Below are positions 1 to 10,200 of a stretch of DNA of 64,000 bases, one piece after another. The notes beneath the pieces were generated by a model, which was not told the DNA's origin, did no database searches, and worked only from the letters and a program-made list of their open reading frames with translations. This DNA is from Methanomassiliicoccaceae archaeon. Its GTDB lineage: Archaea > Thermoplasmatota > Thermoplasmata > Methanomassiliicoccales > Methanomassiliicoccaceae. The DNA lies in the NCBI GenBank assembly GCA_040776945.1, contig JAXGZN010000002.1, positions 96,001-160,000 on the forward strand. Reading direction: 5' to 3'. Positions within the stretch are counted from its first letter, which is position 1, and every line of letters begins with the position of its first letter. Position numbers and translations under genes: made by a program.

Positions 1-195
1 AAGAACGACATCTTCAAGGACAAGATCGACTACGTCATAGCTGTGTTCCGCAACACCAAACTTTTCATTTCCGAACTTTCGTCCAGCCTTCTTATAGTTG
101 CCACCGTGGACCGGGACACCGATGACGGACGGATCTTGGAAAACATGAACCACATCGTGACACGGACCAAAGAAGAGCTGGTCTGGCTTAGATGA
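1..195 (+). CDS. 3' part of a probable Roadblock/LC7-like protein (truncated by window edge)
   Basis: Open frame 1 KNDIFKDKIDYVIAVFRNTKLFISELSSSLLIVATVDRDTDDGRILENMNHIVTRTKEELVWLR*. The beta-strands-then-helix pattern resembles the Roadblock C-terminal half. Confidence 0.5.
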   Translation, partial: KNDIFKDKIDYVIAVFRNTKLFISELSSSLLIVATVDRDTDDGRILENMNHIVTRTKEELVWLR

Positions 196-392
196 CATCG
201 CCCCTATGGGGGCCGCGGCGGTCCGCGGATGGCCCCCCATCTCCATAGGTCCCTATTTTGGAGGGGTCGTAGCCATGTCCTCGCCTCTCAATGTCCTTTG
301 ACGTCTCAGAGGGCATAGGGGCTCTCCAAGCATCATGAATGCATGCGGGATGAACACGGAAGGCCGGTCATCCCGATCCCATGGACCGGGGT

Positions 393-848
393 TCAGACCA
401 ACCGTTCGGCGAAATCTTCCTGGATGCGCTCACAGTAGAAGCACCGAAGGACCGCCGGTTCTTTTGATTCGACGATGAACTGAGGTTCGACCGGCTCGTT
501 CTTGTTGGTGATGCAGTTAGGATTTCCGCATTTCACGATGCCCCTCACCACGTCCGGCATCCTCACATTGTATTTCTCAGAGACGTTGAAGTCACGGATG
601 ATGTTGATGGTCGCCTTCGGCGCGATGAGCGATATCTTGTCCACCTCGCGGGGGTCCAGTTCGCGGTCCTCAACCTTCACCACGTCCTTCCAACCATCCC
701 TTTTGGAAGGGACCCTCATAAGCACCGAGACGGTGGAGGCAACGTCGCCGGTCACGCCTATGATCCTGAGCACCTTCAATGCCTGGCCGCAATCGATATG
801 ATCGATGACCGTCCCGTTGCGTATGGGGGTCACTCTGAAATCCTTCAT
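393..848 (-). CDS. pyrI: Aspartate carbamoyltransferase regulatory chain
   Basis: NGTVIDHI motif and Zn-binding CGNPNCITN...RCFYCE. Start overlaps the pyrB stop. Confidence 0.97.
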   Translation of the reverse strand: MKDFRVTPIRNGTVIDHIDCGQALKVLRIIGVTGDVASTVSVLMRVPSKRDGWKDVVKVEDRELDPREVDKISLIAPKATINIIRDFNVSEKYNVRMPDVVRGIVKCGNPNCITNKNEPVEPQFIVESKEPAVLRCFYCERIQEDFAERLV

Positions 849-1777
849 TAGATCTCACCTCCCATGACCAGCGAGAGGAGCGCCATCCTCACCGGCACTC
901 CATTGAACGCTTGCACGAAGTACTTGGCGTTCTCGGTATCATCGACCTCCGGGGCTATTTCATCGACCCGGGGAAGGGGATGCATTATGACCAGGTTCTT
1001 CTTGGCCTCGCGGAGCAGGGCATTGTCCACCCGGTAGCAGCCTGCGACCTTCTGGTACTCCGCCGGGTCGGGAAACCTCTCCTTTTGTATCCTGGTGACG
1101 TACAGGACATCGGCCTCCGCGATGACTGACTCCAGGTTGGATGACAGCTTCGCGCTAACTCCCGCTTTCTCCAGATGCCTCACCGTCTCGCGGGGCATCT
1201 GCAAAAGGGAGGGCGCCACGAAGGTGAGGTCCGCCCCGAACATGGCCAGCGCCTCTGCCAGGGAATGCACCGTGCGGCCGTACTTAAGGTCGCCGACCAT
1301 CACCACGTTCTTCCCATTGAAATCACCGCTCTGCTGCTTTATCGTAAAGAGGTCCAGCAGTGTCTGGGTCGGATGCTGGCCCGCACCGTCCCCGGCATTG
1401 ATGACGGGATTCGATGAAAAGTGGGCCGCTAGTCTGGCCGCCCCCTCGTGAGGATGCCGGAGGACTATCGCATCGGAGTAGCAATCGACCATGCGTATGG
1501 TATCGGCCAGGGTCTCGCCCTTGACCGTGGAGGATGTCAGGGGCTGGGCGATCTCTATGCATCTCCCACCGGCTCGGGACATTGCGCTCTCGAAGGACAA
1601 ACGAGTCCTTGTGGACGGCTCAAAGAACAGGTTGGCAAGGATCTTGCCATCGAGGATCTTGGTTGTCTTCTCTCCCTTGGCATATGGTACCATCTTTTGT
1701 GCCAGGTCGAGCACCTGCTCGATCTGTTCCCTGCTCAGGTCCCGAACAGAGACGACATCCATCCCTTTGAACGTCAT
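848..1777 (-). CDS. pyrB: Aspartate carbamoyltransferase catalytic chain
   Basis: FFEPSTRTRLSF, HPTQTLLD and HPLPR motifs. Start reassigned to ATG 1777 (MTFKGMDV). Confidence 0.97.
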   Translation of the reverse strand: MTFKGMDVVSVRDLSREQIEQVLDLAQKMVPYAKGEKTTKILDGKILANLFFEPSTRTRLSFESAMSRAGGRCIEIAQPLTSSTVKGETLADTIRMVDCYSDAIVLRHPHEGAARLAAHFSSNPVINAGDGAGQHPTQTLLDLFTIKQQSGDFNGKNVVMVGDLKYGRTVHSLAEALAMFGADLTFVAPSLLQMPRETVRHLEKAGVSAKLSSNLESVIAEADVLYVTRIQKERFPDPAEYQKVAGCYRVDNALLREAKKNLVIMHPLPRVDEIAPEVDDTENAKYFVQAFNGVPVRMALLSLVMGGEI

Positions 1778-1838
1778 GGGGGTCGGTTGAGAATGGTCTA
1801 GGGGGTAATAATAACTGTTCCAGCACCTTACCGATGCA

Positions 1839-2216
1839 TCACGGCACATCATCGGAAAGATAGTGCTCATCATAGCGGGCGAGGGCCTCGTTCATCCTTC
1901 TGCTCCACTCCTTGACACACTGCTCCATCTTCCTTTTCAGAGCTTCCCTGTCTATTGCGCTGTAGACGTGGTAGTAGCCACCCTTCTCCAACGACCGGGT
2001 CTCTCTCAGGCACATCCCGCAGCTCAAGAGCTTCTGCAGCGCCCGGTACACCCCCGACCTCTCCTTCCCCATGCGCTCGGCGAGCTCGTCGGCCCTCATC
2101 GGCCCGTACTTCGACGCGGCGCGGAAGACATCGACCTCAAAATCGTTGAGACTAAAGGCGCACTGAACGATATCTCGACATGAGGATATCGTCGCGATGG
2201 ATCTTTGAGGCGGCAT
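1839..2216 (-). CDS. TrmB-like winged-helix transcriptional regulator
   Basis: ADELAERMGKERSGVYRALQKLLSCG HTH, GGYYHVY wing, N-terminal CxxxxxC. Divergent from the tusA/dsrE operon. Confidence 0.8.
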   Translation of the reverse strand: MPPQRSIATISSCRDIVQCAFSLNDFEVDVFRAASKYGPMRADELAERMGKERSGVYRALQKLLSCGMCLRETRSLEKGGYYHVYSAIDREALKRKMEQCVKEWSRRMNEALARYDEHYLSDDVP

Positions 2217-2313
2217 CCTTCTCCATCCCCTCCGCGTCCTTAGGAAATCATTATAAAGGAGCGGTTATATATAGTTATTGCACAACCGTGCAAAACCGAT
2301 AGGACGGTGTAAT

Positions 2314-2538
2314 ATGGTGGAAGTACTGGATGCCAAGGGACTGATGTGCCCTATGCCGATCGTGCAGTTGGCGAAGAAGATGAAGGCGATGAAGGTCGGG
2401 GACGAGCTCGACCTGATATCGGACGACGTGGGGTCCAAGGCCGACGTTCCCGCATGGTGCGAGAGGACCGGGAACCAGCTTGTGGAGACGAAGGAGGCCA
2501 ACGGGGTCTTTACCTATCGCATAAAGAAGCTGAAATGA
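2314..2538 (+). CDS. tusA: TusA/SirA family sulfur carrier
   Basis: LDAKGLMCPMP (CPxP) and D..SKADVPAWC motifs. ATG at 2314. Confidence 0.9.
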   Translation: MVEVLDAKGLMCPMPIVQLAKKMKAMKVGDELDLISDDVGSKADVPAWCERTGNQLVETKEANGVFTYRIKKLK

Positions 2539-2712
2539 GATACGGTAGTGTTGCCCGGGCAGGCCCTGTCCGGACGCGGAGCGGGCATCAGGGCGAAGCT
2601 GGGCCCGGTGCTTGGCGAGAAGGCCCGGGCGCAAGGGATCAGCATCGACTTCCGGCCGGCAGACGGCCGTGATAGCTAATGGATCAAGTTCAAGAGAGCA
2701 AGGGGTGAGCTA

Positions 2713-3123
2713 ATGGCCGATACAAAGCGCGTAGTTATGGTGGTGTCCGAGGGCACCTTCGACAAGGGAATGATGGCAATGATAATCGCGAACACCGCCG
2801 CAAGCATGGGAATGGATGTTCACATATTCTTCACGTTCTTTGGTTTGAACCTGCTGAAGAAAGGGGCCAAGCCGAAGCTTCCTGGCATGTTCCGGCTTTT
2901 CACCGGCATGTTCACCAAGCGGATGGCAAAGGGAGGCATCGCTGACTTCCCGGAGCAGTTATCAATGGCCTTGGACCTTGGAGTGAACCTGTATGCGTGC
3001 AGCACCACGATGTCGCTGTTGAGCATTGAACAAGGGGACATGATAGACGGTGTCAAGGTCCTGGGGGCGGCCGGCTTCCTCAATGTGGCCGCCGACGCTG
3101 ACATGCAGTACTTCATTGGGTGA
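2713..3123 (+). CDS. DsrE/DsrF/DrsH-like (DsrE2-type) sulfur-relay protein
   Basis: IFFTFFGL and LYACSTTM motifs, C-terminal GAAGFL. Confidence 0.85.
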   Translation: MADTKRVVMVVSEGTFDKGMMAMIIANTAASMGMDVHIFFTFFGLNLLKKGAKPKLPGMFRLFTGMFTKRMAKGGIADFPEQLSMALDLGVNLYACSTTMSLLSIEQGDMIDGVKVLGAAGFLNVAADADMQYFIG

Positions 3124-3134
3124 GGTGCGTCCCG

Positions 3135-3437
3135 ATGCCGTCAAAGCTGTTCATCTTATTGAAATCGCCCCACGAGTATCGCGACCTCGATGCGGTGGCC
3201 GCTCTTGGAGGGGACGATCGGGTCGGCGTCCTGCTTTTCGAGGACGCCACCCTCTTCCCGGCGCTCAAGGACCGCAGGGACGAACTCATCGACGTCGCCG
3301 ATGAGATCTACGTGATGGGAGATGACCTGGATGCCCGAGGGCTTAGGAGCAAGGTAGGCAAGGAGTTCCAGGTGATCGATTATCCCCGGGCGGTCGATCT
3401 CATCATGGACGAGTTCGACCAGACCATAACACTATGA
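3135..3437 (+). CDS. DsrH/TusB family protein
   Basis: LLFEDA and YVMGDDLDARGL...IDY motifs. SD GAGGTG upstream of ATG 3135. Confidence 0.8.
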   Translation: MPSKLFILLKSPHEYRDLDAVAALGGDDRVGVLLFEDATLFPALKDRRDELIDVADEIYVMGDDLDARGLRSKVGKEFQVIDYPRAVDLIMDEFDQTITL

Positions 3438-3446
3438 GGCTTGGAT

Positions 3447-3803
3447 ATGGGTACATTGTGCATTCAGTTGCGCTCCGGAACGATGATGAACATGGACTCC
3501 AACGTGGCGGTCAAGCTTGCGAAGGCGGCCATGGACAAGGGGCATAAGGTGACGATGTTCGGCTATGGGGAGGCGGTCACGCTCATAAAGGATGGTCAGG
3601 ACCCCAAACGATTCCCAAATGTTGGCAAGGAGATCTCGAAGATGACGGCAGAAGGCCTGGAGGTGGTGGTCTGCGAGACATGTTGCGTTGCCCGGGGCAT
3701 CCACCGCGGGGAGGAGATCAGGGGGACGAAGATCGGGAGCCTGACCAACGACTTCTCAAGGATGGCGGCGGAAGCTGACCGCCTGGTGACGATAGCAAGG
3801 TGA
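3447..3803 (+). CDS. DsrE/TusD family sulfurtransferase
   Basis: KGHKVTMFGYGEAV and VCETCCVARGI (active Cys region). Confidence 0.85.
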   Translation: MGTLCIQLRSGTMMNMDSNVAVKLAKAAMDKGHKVTMFGYGEAVTLIKDGQDPKRFPNVGKEISKMTAEGLEVVVCETCCVARGIHRGEEIRGTKIGSLTNDFSRMAAEADRLVTIAR

Positions 3804-3807
3804 TCGG

Positions 3808-4167
3808 ATGGCAGAAAGCATGCTTGTTCTGATAACCAGACCCCCTTATGGACTGGAGGAGGCGTTCGCCGGGGCCAGGCTGGCCCTGGGAGGGAAAGTG
3901 TCCGGGGTCATGGACGAGACCAGCGTATTGCTGATAGGTGACGGGACGCTCAACGCCCTGGAGGCCCAGAACCCCGCGGCGGTGGCCATGCCCTCGAACC
4001 TTGAGGCTCTGCAGGATATACTGGACCTAGATGGCCAGGTGTTCTGCGTTGAGCCGGACCTCCGAGAGCGGGTCGGGGACATGAAGGTCCTGGACGGGAT
4101 CAAAATGATCTCCTGGGACGAGGCCCGGGAGATAGTGAACGCTCACCAGCTCGTGACCACCTTCTGA
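3808..4167 (+). CDS. DsrF/TusC family protein
   Basis: ITRPPYG, LIGDG and C-terminal VTTF pattern. Confidence 0.8.
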   Translation: MAESMLVLITRPPYGLEEAFAGARLALGGKVSGVMDETSVLLIGDGTLNALEAQNPAAVAMPSNLEALQDILDLDGQVFCVEPDLRERVGDMKVLDGIKMISWDEAREIVNAHQLVTTF

Positions 4168-4185
4168 AACCCCTTCTCCCGCTCA

Positions 4186-4193
4186 TTTTATAA
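4186..4193 (+). promoter_or_regulatory. TATA box candidate for arcS
   Basis: TTTTATAA about 22-29 nt upstream of the arcS ATG, consistent with a near-leaderless transcript. Confidence 0.5.
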
Positions 4194-4214
4194 AGCCAAG
4201 GTCAATCAACGTGC

Positions 4215-5936
4215 ATGCTCGACATCTCCGACCGCGCTGGCCCGGCCCGCAGAGGCCGATGGACGGCAGGGCAGACCAAGGTCGAATTCCCCAACATGCT
4301 GTTCCGAGGTTCGGCCACGTACCCGGCGCCTACCTGCGCCGAGCTCACGGTCACAGGCCACGAGCGGATCGAGCTGAGGGGCGCCGAAGGGGAGGTTCTG
4401 GCGAGCTTTGCCTCAGGGATCGCTCGACCCTTGGACTACTACAAGGAACCGGTCATCGAGGCCGGGAGCAACGCGCTGCTGGTCCGCGGGAAGCCTACCG
4501 GACCGCTCATGGACCGCCCGGAGGAGATCGTTGTCCTGGGCAACGCCTTCGAGCTAAGAAGGGACGCGAAGGGCTTCGCCGATGCTGTCGTATCTCTCCG
4601 GGAGTCCGTGGGCCCGGACCGGCTGATCTACGCCCCGGGACTGATGGAACCGTCCAACCTGGCCCTCCTCGTGTATTCGGGCATCGACCTCTTCGATACC
4701 ACGCTGCCGCTGTATCAATCGGCAAGGGGGCGGCTGCTCCTGACCGAGGGCTCGCTCCCCGTCGAGGACGGGGGATGGCTGGGGGGAGCAGAGAGCGCGG
4801 AGGAGCATAATCTGGACGCCGCGTGGAAGGAGCTTCAACTGGTCAGGCACATGATCAGGGTCGGCCGGCTCAGGGAGCTGGTGGAGACCAGGGTGAACGC
4901 CAGCCCCTGGATGGTCGCCGCGCTCAGGATGCTGGACCTTAGTCATTACGAATATCAGGAAAAGCGCTGGCCGGTCACCGGCCCCCGGTTCTACGCCAAC
5001 TCCAAGGCCTCGCTGTTCCGCCCGGACGTGTGGCGCTTCCGCCGCCGGATCATGGAGCGTTGGAGGCCCGGCGCCCACAAGAAGGTCCTTCTCCTGATCC
5101 CCTGCTCTGCCAAGAAGCCGTACTTCACATCGAAGAGCCACCGGGCCTTAGAGGAGGTCATGCTCTCGGTGCCGAACTCCTCGGTGGTCCAGGAGCTCAT
5201 CGTCACCTCTCCGCTGGGAGCGGTGCCCCGCGAGCTGGAACTGTTCTACCCGGCCGCCCAGTACGACATCCCGGTCACCGGGAACTGGGACCTGGAGGAA
5301 GTGAGGATGATCCAGTCGCTCGTGTCCCATGCGGCGTCGTTCGGCTTCACCAAGATAATATCTCACCTGGGTAGAGAGAGCGGCTTCGTCCAAGAGGTCG
5401 TCGACAGCGTTGACACCACCCAAGGCGCCGGAACGACGGCGCCAGAGGCCCTCGGTCGGCTGCGAGCGGAGCTAATGGAGGCATGCGAGGCGGCTGAAAA
5501 GGTCCCCCGGGCGGTGGACCGCGTGGAGATGCTTCGCTCCCAGGCCCGTTACCAGTTCGGAGAGGATGGCTCGTCCCTCCTTGACGGCTGCAACGTGGCG
5601 GGAAAGTACCCTTACCTGAAGTTCCTGCGCGGGAACGCTCAGCTGGGCATGCTGACCCCGGAGAGGGGTATGCTTTCCCTGACCATGGACGGCGGGGCGG
5701 TCCTCATGGAAAGGGGCGTCCACACCGTGGAGATGGGCGACTTCGACCTCACTGGTAACCTGTTCGCGATCGGCGTCACCGGCGCGGACGACCGCATCCG
5801 GGCCGGGGACGAGGTCGCCATCGTCCGAAACGGCGAGCTGGAGGGCGTGGGGGTGGCCGCGATGTCCGGAGAGGATATGGTCCAAAGCCGCAGGGGAGAG
5901 GCGGTCCGAGTGAGGCACAAGAGAAAGCGAAAGTGA
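4215..5936 (+). CDS. arcS: Archaeosine synthase subunit alpha (TgtA2/ArcS) with C-terminal PUA domain
   Basis: LVYSGIDLFD, PCSAKKPY.SKSH, TSPLG.VPRELE..YP...YD.PVTG and PUA (DDRIRAGDEV...GVGVA.MSG). Confidence 0.92.
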   Translation: MLDISDRAGPARRGRWTAGQTKVEFPNMLFRGSATYPAPTCAELTVTGHERIELRGAEGEVLASFASGIARPLDYYKEPVIEAGSNALLVRGKPTGPLMDRPEEIVVLGNAFELRRDAKGFADAVVSLRESVGPDRLIYAPGLMEPSNLALLVYSGIDLFDTTLPLYQSARGRLLLTEGSLPVEDGGWLGGAESAEEHNLDAAWKELQLVRHMIRVGRLRELVETRVNASPWMVAALRMLDLSHYEYQEKRWPVTGPRFYANSKASLFRPDVWRFRRRIMERWRPGAHKKVLLLIPCSAKKPYFTSKSHRALEEVMLSVPNSSVVQELIVTSPLGAVPRELELFYPAAQYDIPVTGNWDLEEVRMIQSLVSHAASFGFTKIISHLGRESGFVQEVVDSVDTTQGAGTTAPEALGRLRAELMEACEAAEKVPRAVDRVEMLRSQARYQFGEDGSSLLDGCNVAGKYPYLKFLRGNAQLGMLTPERGMLSLTMDGGAVLMERGVHTVEMGDFDLTGNLFAIGVTGADDRIRAGDEVAIVRNGELEGVGVAAMSGEDMVQSRRGEAVRVRHKRKRK

Positions 5937-6672
5937 CCACTTTCAAAACAGATTTTTCAATCCAGACGTAAAGGCCGCATTTCGATCTTCGGCCATCTCC
6001 CACCCTTGATGTTATAAAAAGGAACGCCGCTCAAGAGTCCTGTGATATGACAGCGCTCTCCGACGTGGAGGACAATGGTTGGGAAGAGGTCTACCGCGCC
6101 AACGGGGTGCGTTGTGATATCGAGACGAAAGTATCATCCCAAGGCGAGGTCGGGGTTTGCCCGGCCCCCCTCGCAAATCCCTTATTCATTTTAAAGATCG
6201 AGAGGGAGCGGAGCTCCATCCCATCTGCCGCTCCCCTCGAGACCTTCATATGATCGTCCACAAGAAGACCGCGACCAGGCAAATTTCTCGTTAGGGCCCC
6301 TCTCCCCAGAAGGGCCGACATGTTCACCATCCTCAAATCATCGATCATCAGGGCGATTAGCTGAACGTCCCGGTTTATCGCTCGATGCTCTCTAATGGTG
6401 AGACACCATCCTAAGACGGCCCCTCATGCACGAGACGCCATAATTGGCCCGCGGTCCGGACAGAGCACATGGGACCTCATCTGCATCAATGAACGATATG
6501 CCGAAGGTCGACCTCTGCGCCATATCGTCGACGGTCAGGGGCGCCCCCCGCTCGCGATAAAAGGCTCCCCGGAACCATGATAATCTGGTAGTTGAAGGAC
6601 AAAGCCCGCTCAAGCGGAAAGAAGAGCTCTAGCCAGCATATATCAAGGCGATTGGTAGGTTAAAAAGATGAG

Positions 6673-6745
6673 TGCAGGTGCCGGGATTCGAACCCGGGCG
6701 TTTAGCTTGGAAGGCTAAAATCCTAACCAACTAGATTACACCTGC
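6673..6745 (-). tRNA. tRNA-Gly (anticodon TCC), CCA not encoded
   Basis: Reverse complement GCAGGTG-TA-ATCTAGTTGGTTAGGAT-T-TTAGC-CTTCCAA-GCTAA-ACGC-CCGGG-TTCGAAT-CCCGG-CACCTGC-A folds as a cloverleaf. TTTTAAA lies upstream near 6771-6777. Confidence 0.96.
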
Positions 6746-7220
6746 GCGCTCCACCCTAAATCATTTCCCCTTTAAAAGGGTTGTTGATGCGCTGGACGGT
6801 GGAGTGGAGAACAGAACGATATGAAGAAGGGGGGGAGAGGGAGCACCCCATCCTGTGCTCTCTCCAAAGGTGGACGATATAGTTCCATGGCGACTAACTG
6901 TTCAGCCGTCTCCCATCCTTGACCGCTGATCCCTTTCGCCGCTGATCATAGAACCAACCGTTCCGTTAGTTCGATGTTGCATCCCATCCGAAGGTTTTTG
7001 TCCGACAATAGTCAGACGATTACCGGCATTACGGTCACAGATATATATAACTTCGCTTACGGTGGGCCGCGATCTCAAACATGCATCGCCCAGATGGTCG
7101 TTCGGGACCTGGTCTAGGACGGGTGTCCGACAGGTGGACGACATATTGCAGTTCGATGGCACTTTTAGAAAAGCCTTTTTATGCATATAGCACGATAGGC
7201 CGCCCAGTTTAGGTGATGGG

Positions 7221-10200
7221 ATGGGATTTCTAGAGTCGCTCCGCGACAAGGAGCTGAGAGGGCTCTATAGAGCTCGGAAGCTGATCGAGAACGCCGACCT
7301 GCAAGCTGCCCGCGGGAACGTTCCGGAGGCTATGGCCGAGCTCGAAAAGGCGAAGGATCTGGTTTCGCGCGACGGGATCAAGGAGAGCCCCCATTCCAAG
7401 GACTACGCGAGCGTTCTCGTCCTCATGTCAGGAGTGTTCCTCAAGGTGCAAAGCCTTGAGGATGCCCTGAAGGCGGCGGACAAGGCGCTCACACTGGCCC
7501 CTGCTGACCCGATGGCCCTTGCCGCCCGGGCCCGAGCGCTGGCCGCCAACGGCACGCACTCTGAGGCCAGCGCGGTGATGGACAAGGCCCTGGAGCTGAA
7601 GGGGAACGACAGGAAGCTGTTATTCGACAAGGCAAAGGTGCTGGAGGAGGCCGGAAGGAAGGAGGAGGCCGTGGCCACTTACATGAAGGTAGTGGAGATG
7701 GACCCTTCCGACATCGAGACCTACGATGTGCTGATAGCTCTCGACGACCGCCTCAAATGGTCCGTGGCCAAGGCGGAAGCGCTGCTGCGGGCAAAGCGCA
7801 CCGATGATTCCCTAAAGGCCCTGGAGGACGTCCTGTCCCAAGACCCGGAAAATGTGGACGTGATGCTGGTCAAGGCCCGCATCCTGATGGAAAGGGATGA
7901 CCTGGAGGGAGCTCTGGAGATATACGACCGCGCACTGACAGTCGATCCGGGATCATTCAGCGCCAACCTGGGGAAGGCCCAAGTGCTCCGCGCCTCGGAC
8001 AACAAGGAGGAGGCGGTGAGATATTACAAGGAGGCCTTGAAGGCCGACCTGCAGAGGAAGGAGACCTGGGCCGAGGTCGGACCCCTCCTGGAGGAGCTGA
8101 AGCGCCTGGAGGAAGCAGAGAAGGTCTACGAGCACGCCTTGGACATTGACCCTCGATACCTGCCGGCCCTGGAGGGCCGCTACCGGACGGTGGTGGCGCA
8201 GGAGAAGTGGCCTGAGACCGTGGAGGCCGCATCCAACCTGCTGGCCCAGAGACCGGAGCTGGCCGTGCACAAGCAAAAGATAGGTGCTCTGGTCAAGTCC
8301 CAGCGGTTCACGGAAGCGCTCGACTCGACCAACCAGGCGCTGCAGGCGTTCCCGGGGGAGCCGGAGCTGCTGGCCGAGAAAAGGGACATCTCCGTGGCCC
8401 TGGGGATGGGGGACGAGGTCGTCAAGAACAGCGAGGAGATCCTTGCCCGCAACCCTCAGGACCCAGAGAGCATGTACCAACTGGGCGTGGCATACTCGAA
8501 GGCCATGCGTTTCCCCGAATCGGCGAAGACCTTGGAGAAGGCGCTCAAGGTCCATGAGAACAAGGAGAAGGTGCTGATCGCGCTCAAGGACGCCTACAAG
8601 GGATCAGGCAAGGACCGGGACGTGCTGGACGCATGCGATCGCCTGCTCAGGGTCAACCCCAAGAACACCAGCGCGATGATAGATGCCGGAATCGCCCTGG
8701 ACCGTTCCGGCCGCAGGGATGACGCGACCCAGCTCTACGAGAGGGCCCTGGACCTGGAGCCAGGGAACCAAGATGCGCTTCGCAACCTTTGCATTTCGCT
8801 CTTCAACCAGAAGAAGCTCGATCGCGCCCTGGAGAGGGCCATTGCCGGCACACAGCTGTTCTCCTCGGACCCAGCGTTCTGGAGGGTGAAGGGCGATACC
8901 CTTTATGCCACCGGACGCTTCTCTGAAGCGGCGGAGGCGCTGGCCAAGGCCATCTCCTTGGAGCCAGGAAACAAGCTGCTGTGGTGGTCCCGAGGGATGG
9001 CCCTGGTCTCGGACCAGAGGTACGAGGAAGGCCTGGCATCATACGATGAGGCGCTGCAGCTCGATCCCAACGATTTCAACATATGGATAAGCAAAGGCAT
9101 GGTCCTGTCGCTCATGGAGAGGCATGCCCAGGCCATCCAAGGGTTCGACCGGGCCCTCGCCCTGGACGACAACAGCAAGATCGCGCACACGCACCGCGGC
9201 AAGGCCCTGGCGATGGTGGGGATGCACGCGGAGGCGGTAAGGTCCTTCGACCGCTCCCTTTCACTGGGCCACAGAGACCTGGAGGCCCTGGAGGCGAGGA
9301 AGGAATCCCTCAAGGTAATGGGGATCACGGACGAGATCATCGCCACCTGCGAGCAGATCCTTAAACTGGACCCCCGGAACCGCGCCGCCGCGGTGGACCG
9401 GGCCTTGGCCCTGCAGTCCGCTGGCCGGGTCGACGACGCCCTCAAGGCATATAATCGGGTGCTTGACAACGAGCCTAGGGACATCATGGTCCTGGAGCGG
9501 AAGAAGGACGCCTTGAGGATCAAGGGCGACCACCAAGGTGTGATCGAGGTGTGCAACATCCTCCTTCAGATCGAGCCCCGGTCGAAGACCGCCCATGCGG
9601 ACCGGGGAGATGCGCTGGTAGCTCTAGGCAGGACCGAGGATGCGCTGGTGGAGTACGATTACGCCTCCAAGCTGGACCCCGGCGATAAGGTGATGCTCAA
9701 CAAGAAGGGCTTGGTGCTGATGGACCTTGGGAACTTCAACGCCGCGGCGGAAGCGTTCGATCAAGGCTGGAGACTGGATCCGGGTGATTCGATAATGCTC
9801 GACAACAAGGGGCGCGCCCTTCTGGCCGGGCAGGACGCCACCGGGGCACTGGAGGCGTTCAACGAGGCCGCCACGCTCAACCCTTCGAACCACACCTTCC
9901 GGATGGACCAAGGCCGAGCCCTTGCCGCCCTGGGCCATTACGACGAAGCGCTCGACCGCCTGGACGAGGGCCTGGCGCTCAACGGACAGGACCACCAGAT
10001 ATGGAGGTACAAAGGGAACGTCCTATTCAAGATGGGAAATAAGGAACAGGCGGTCCAGAGCTACGAGCGCTCGATCGAGCTGGGAGGGAACGTAGCAAGC
10101 ACCTTCCGTTCCAAGGGAAGGGCGGAGGAGGAGCTCGGGCGGCTGGAGGACGCGTTGTCCTCCTATCTAAGCGCTACCGAGTCGGAGCCCAACGATGCCC

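Noticed and set aside
2536-2679. In-frame continuation after the tusA TGA (46 codons to TAA), suggesting selenocysteine read-through
   Set aside because: TusA is already complete at the TGA, the position is not a catalytic Cys site, and no SECIS is evident. More likely a gene remnant or chance open frame.
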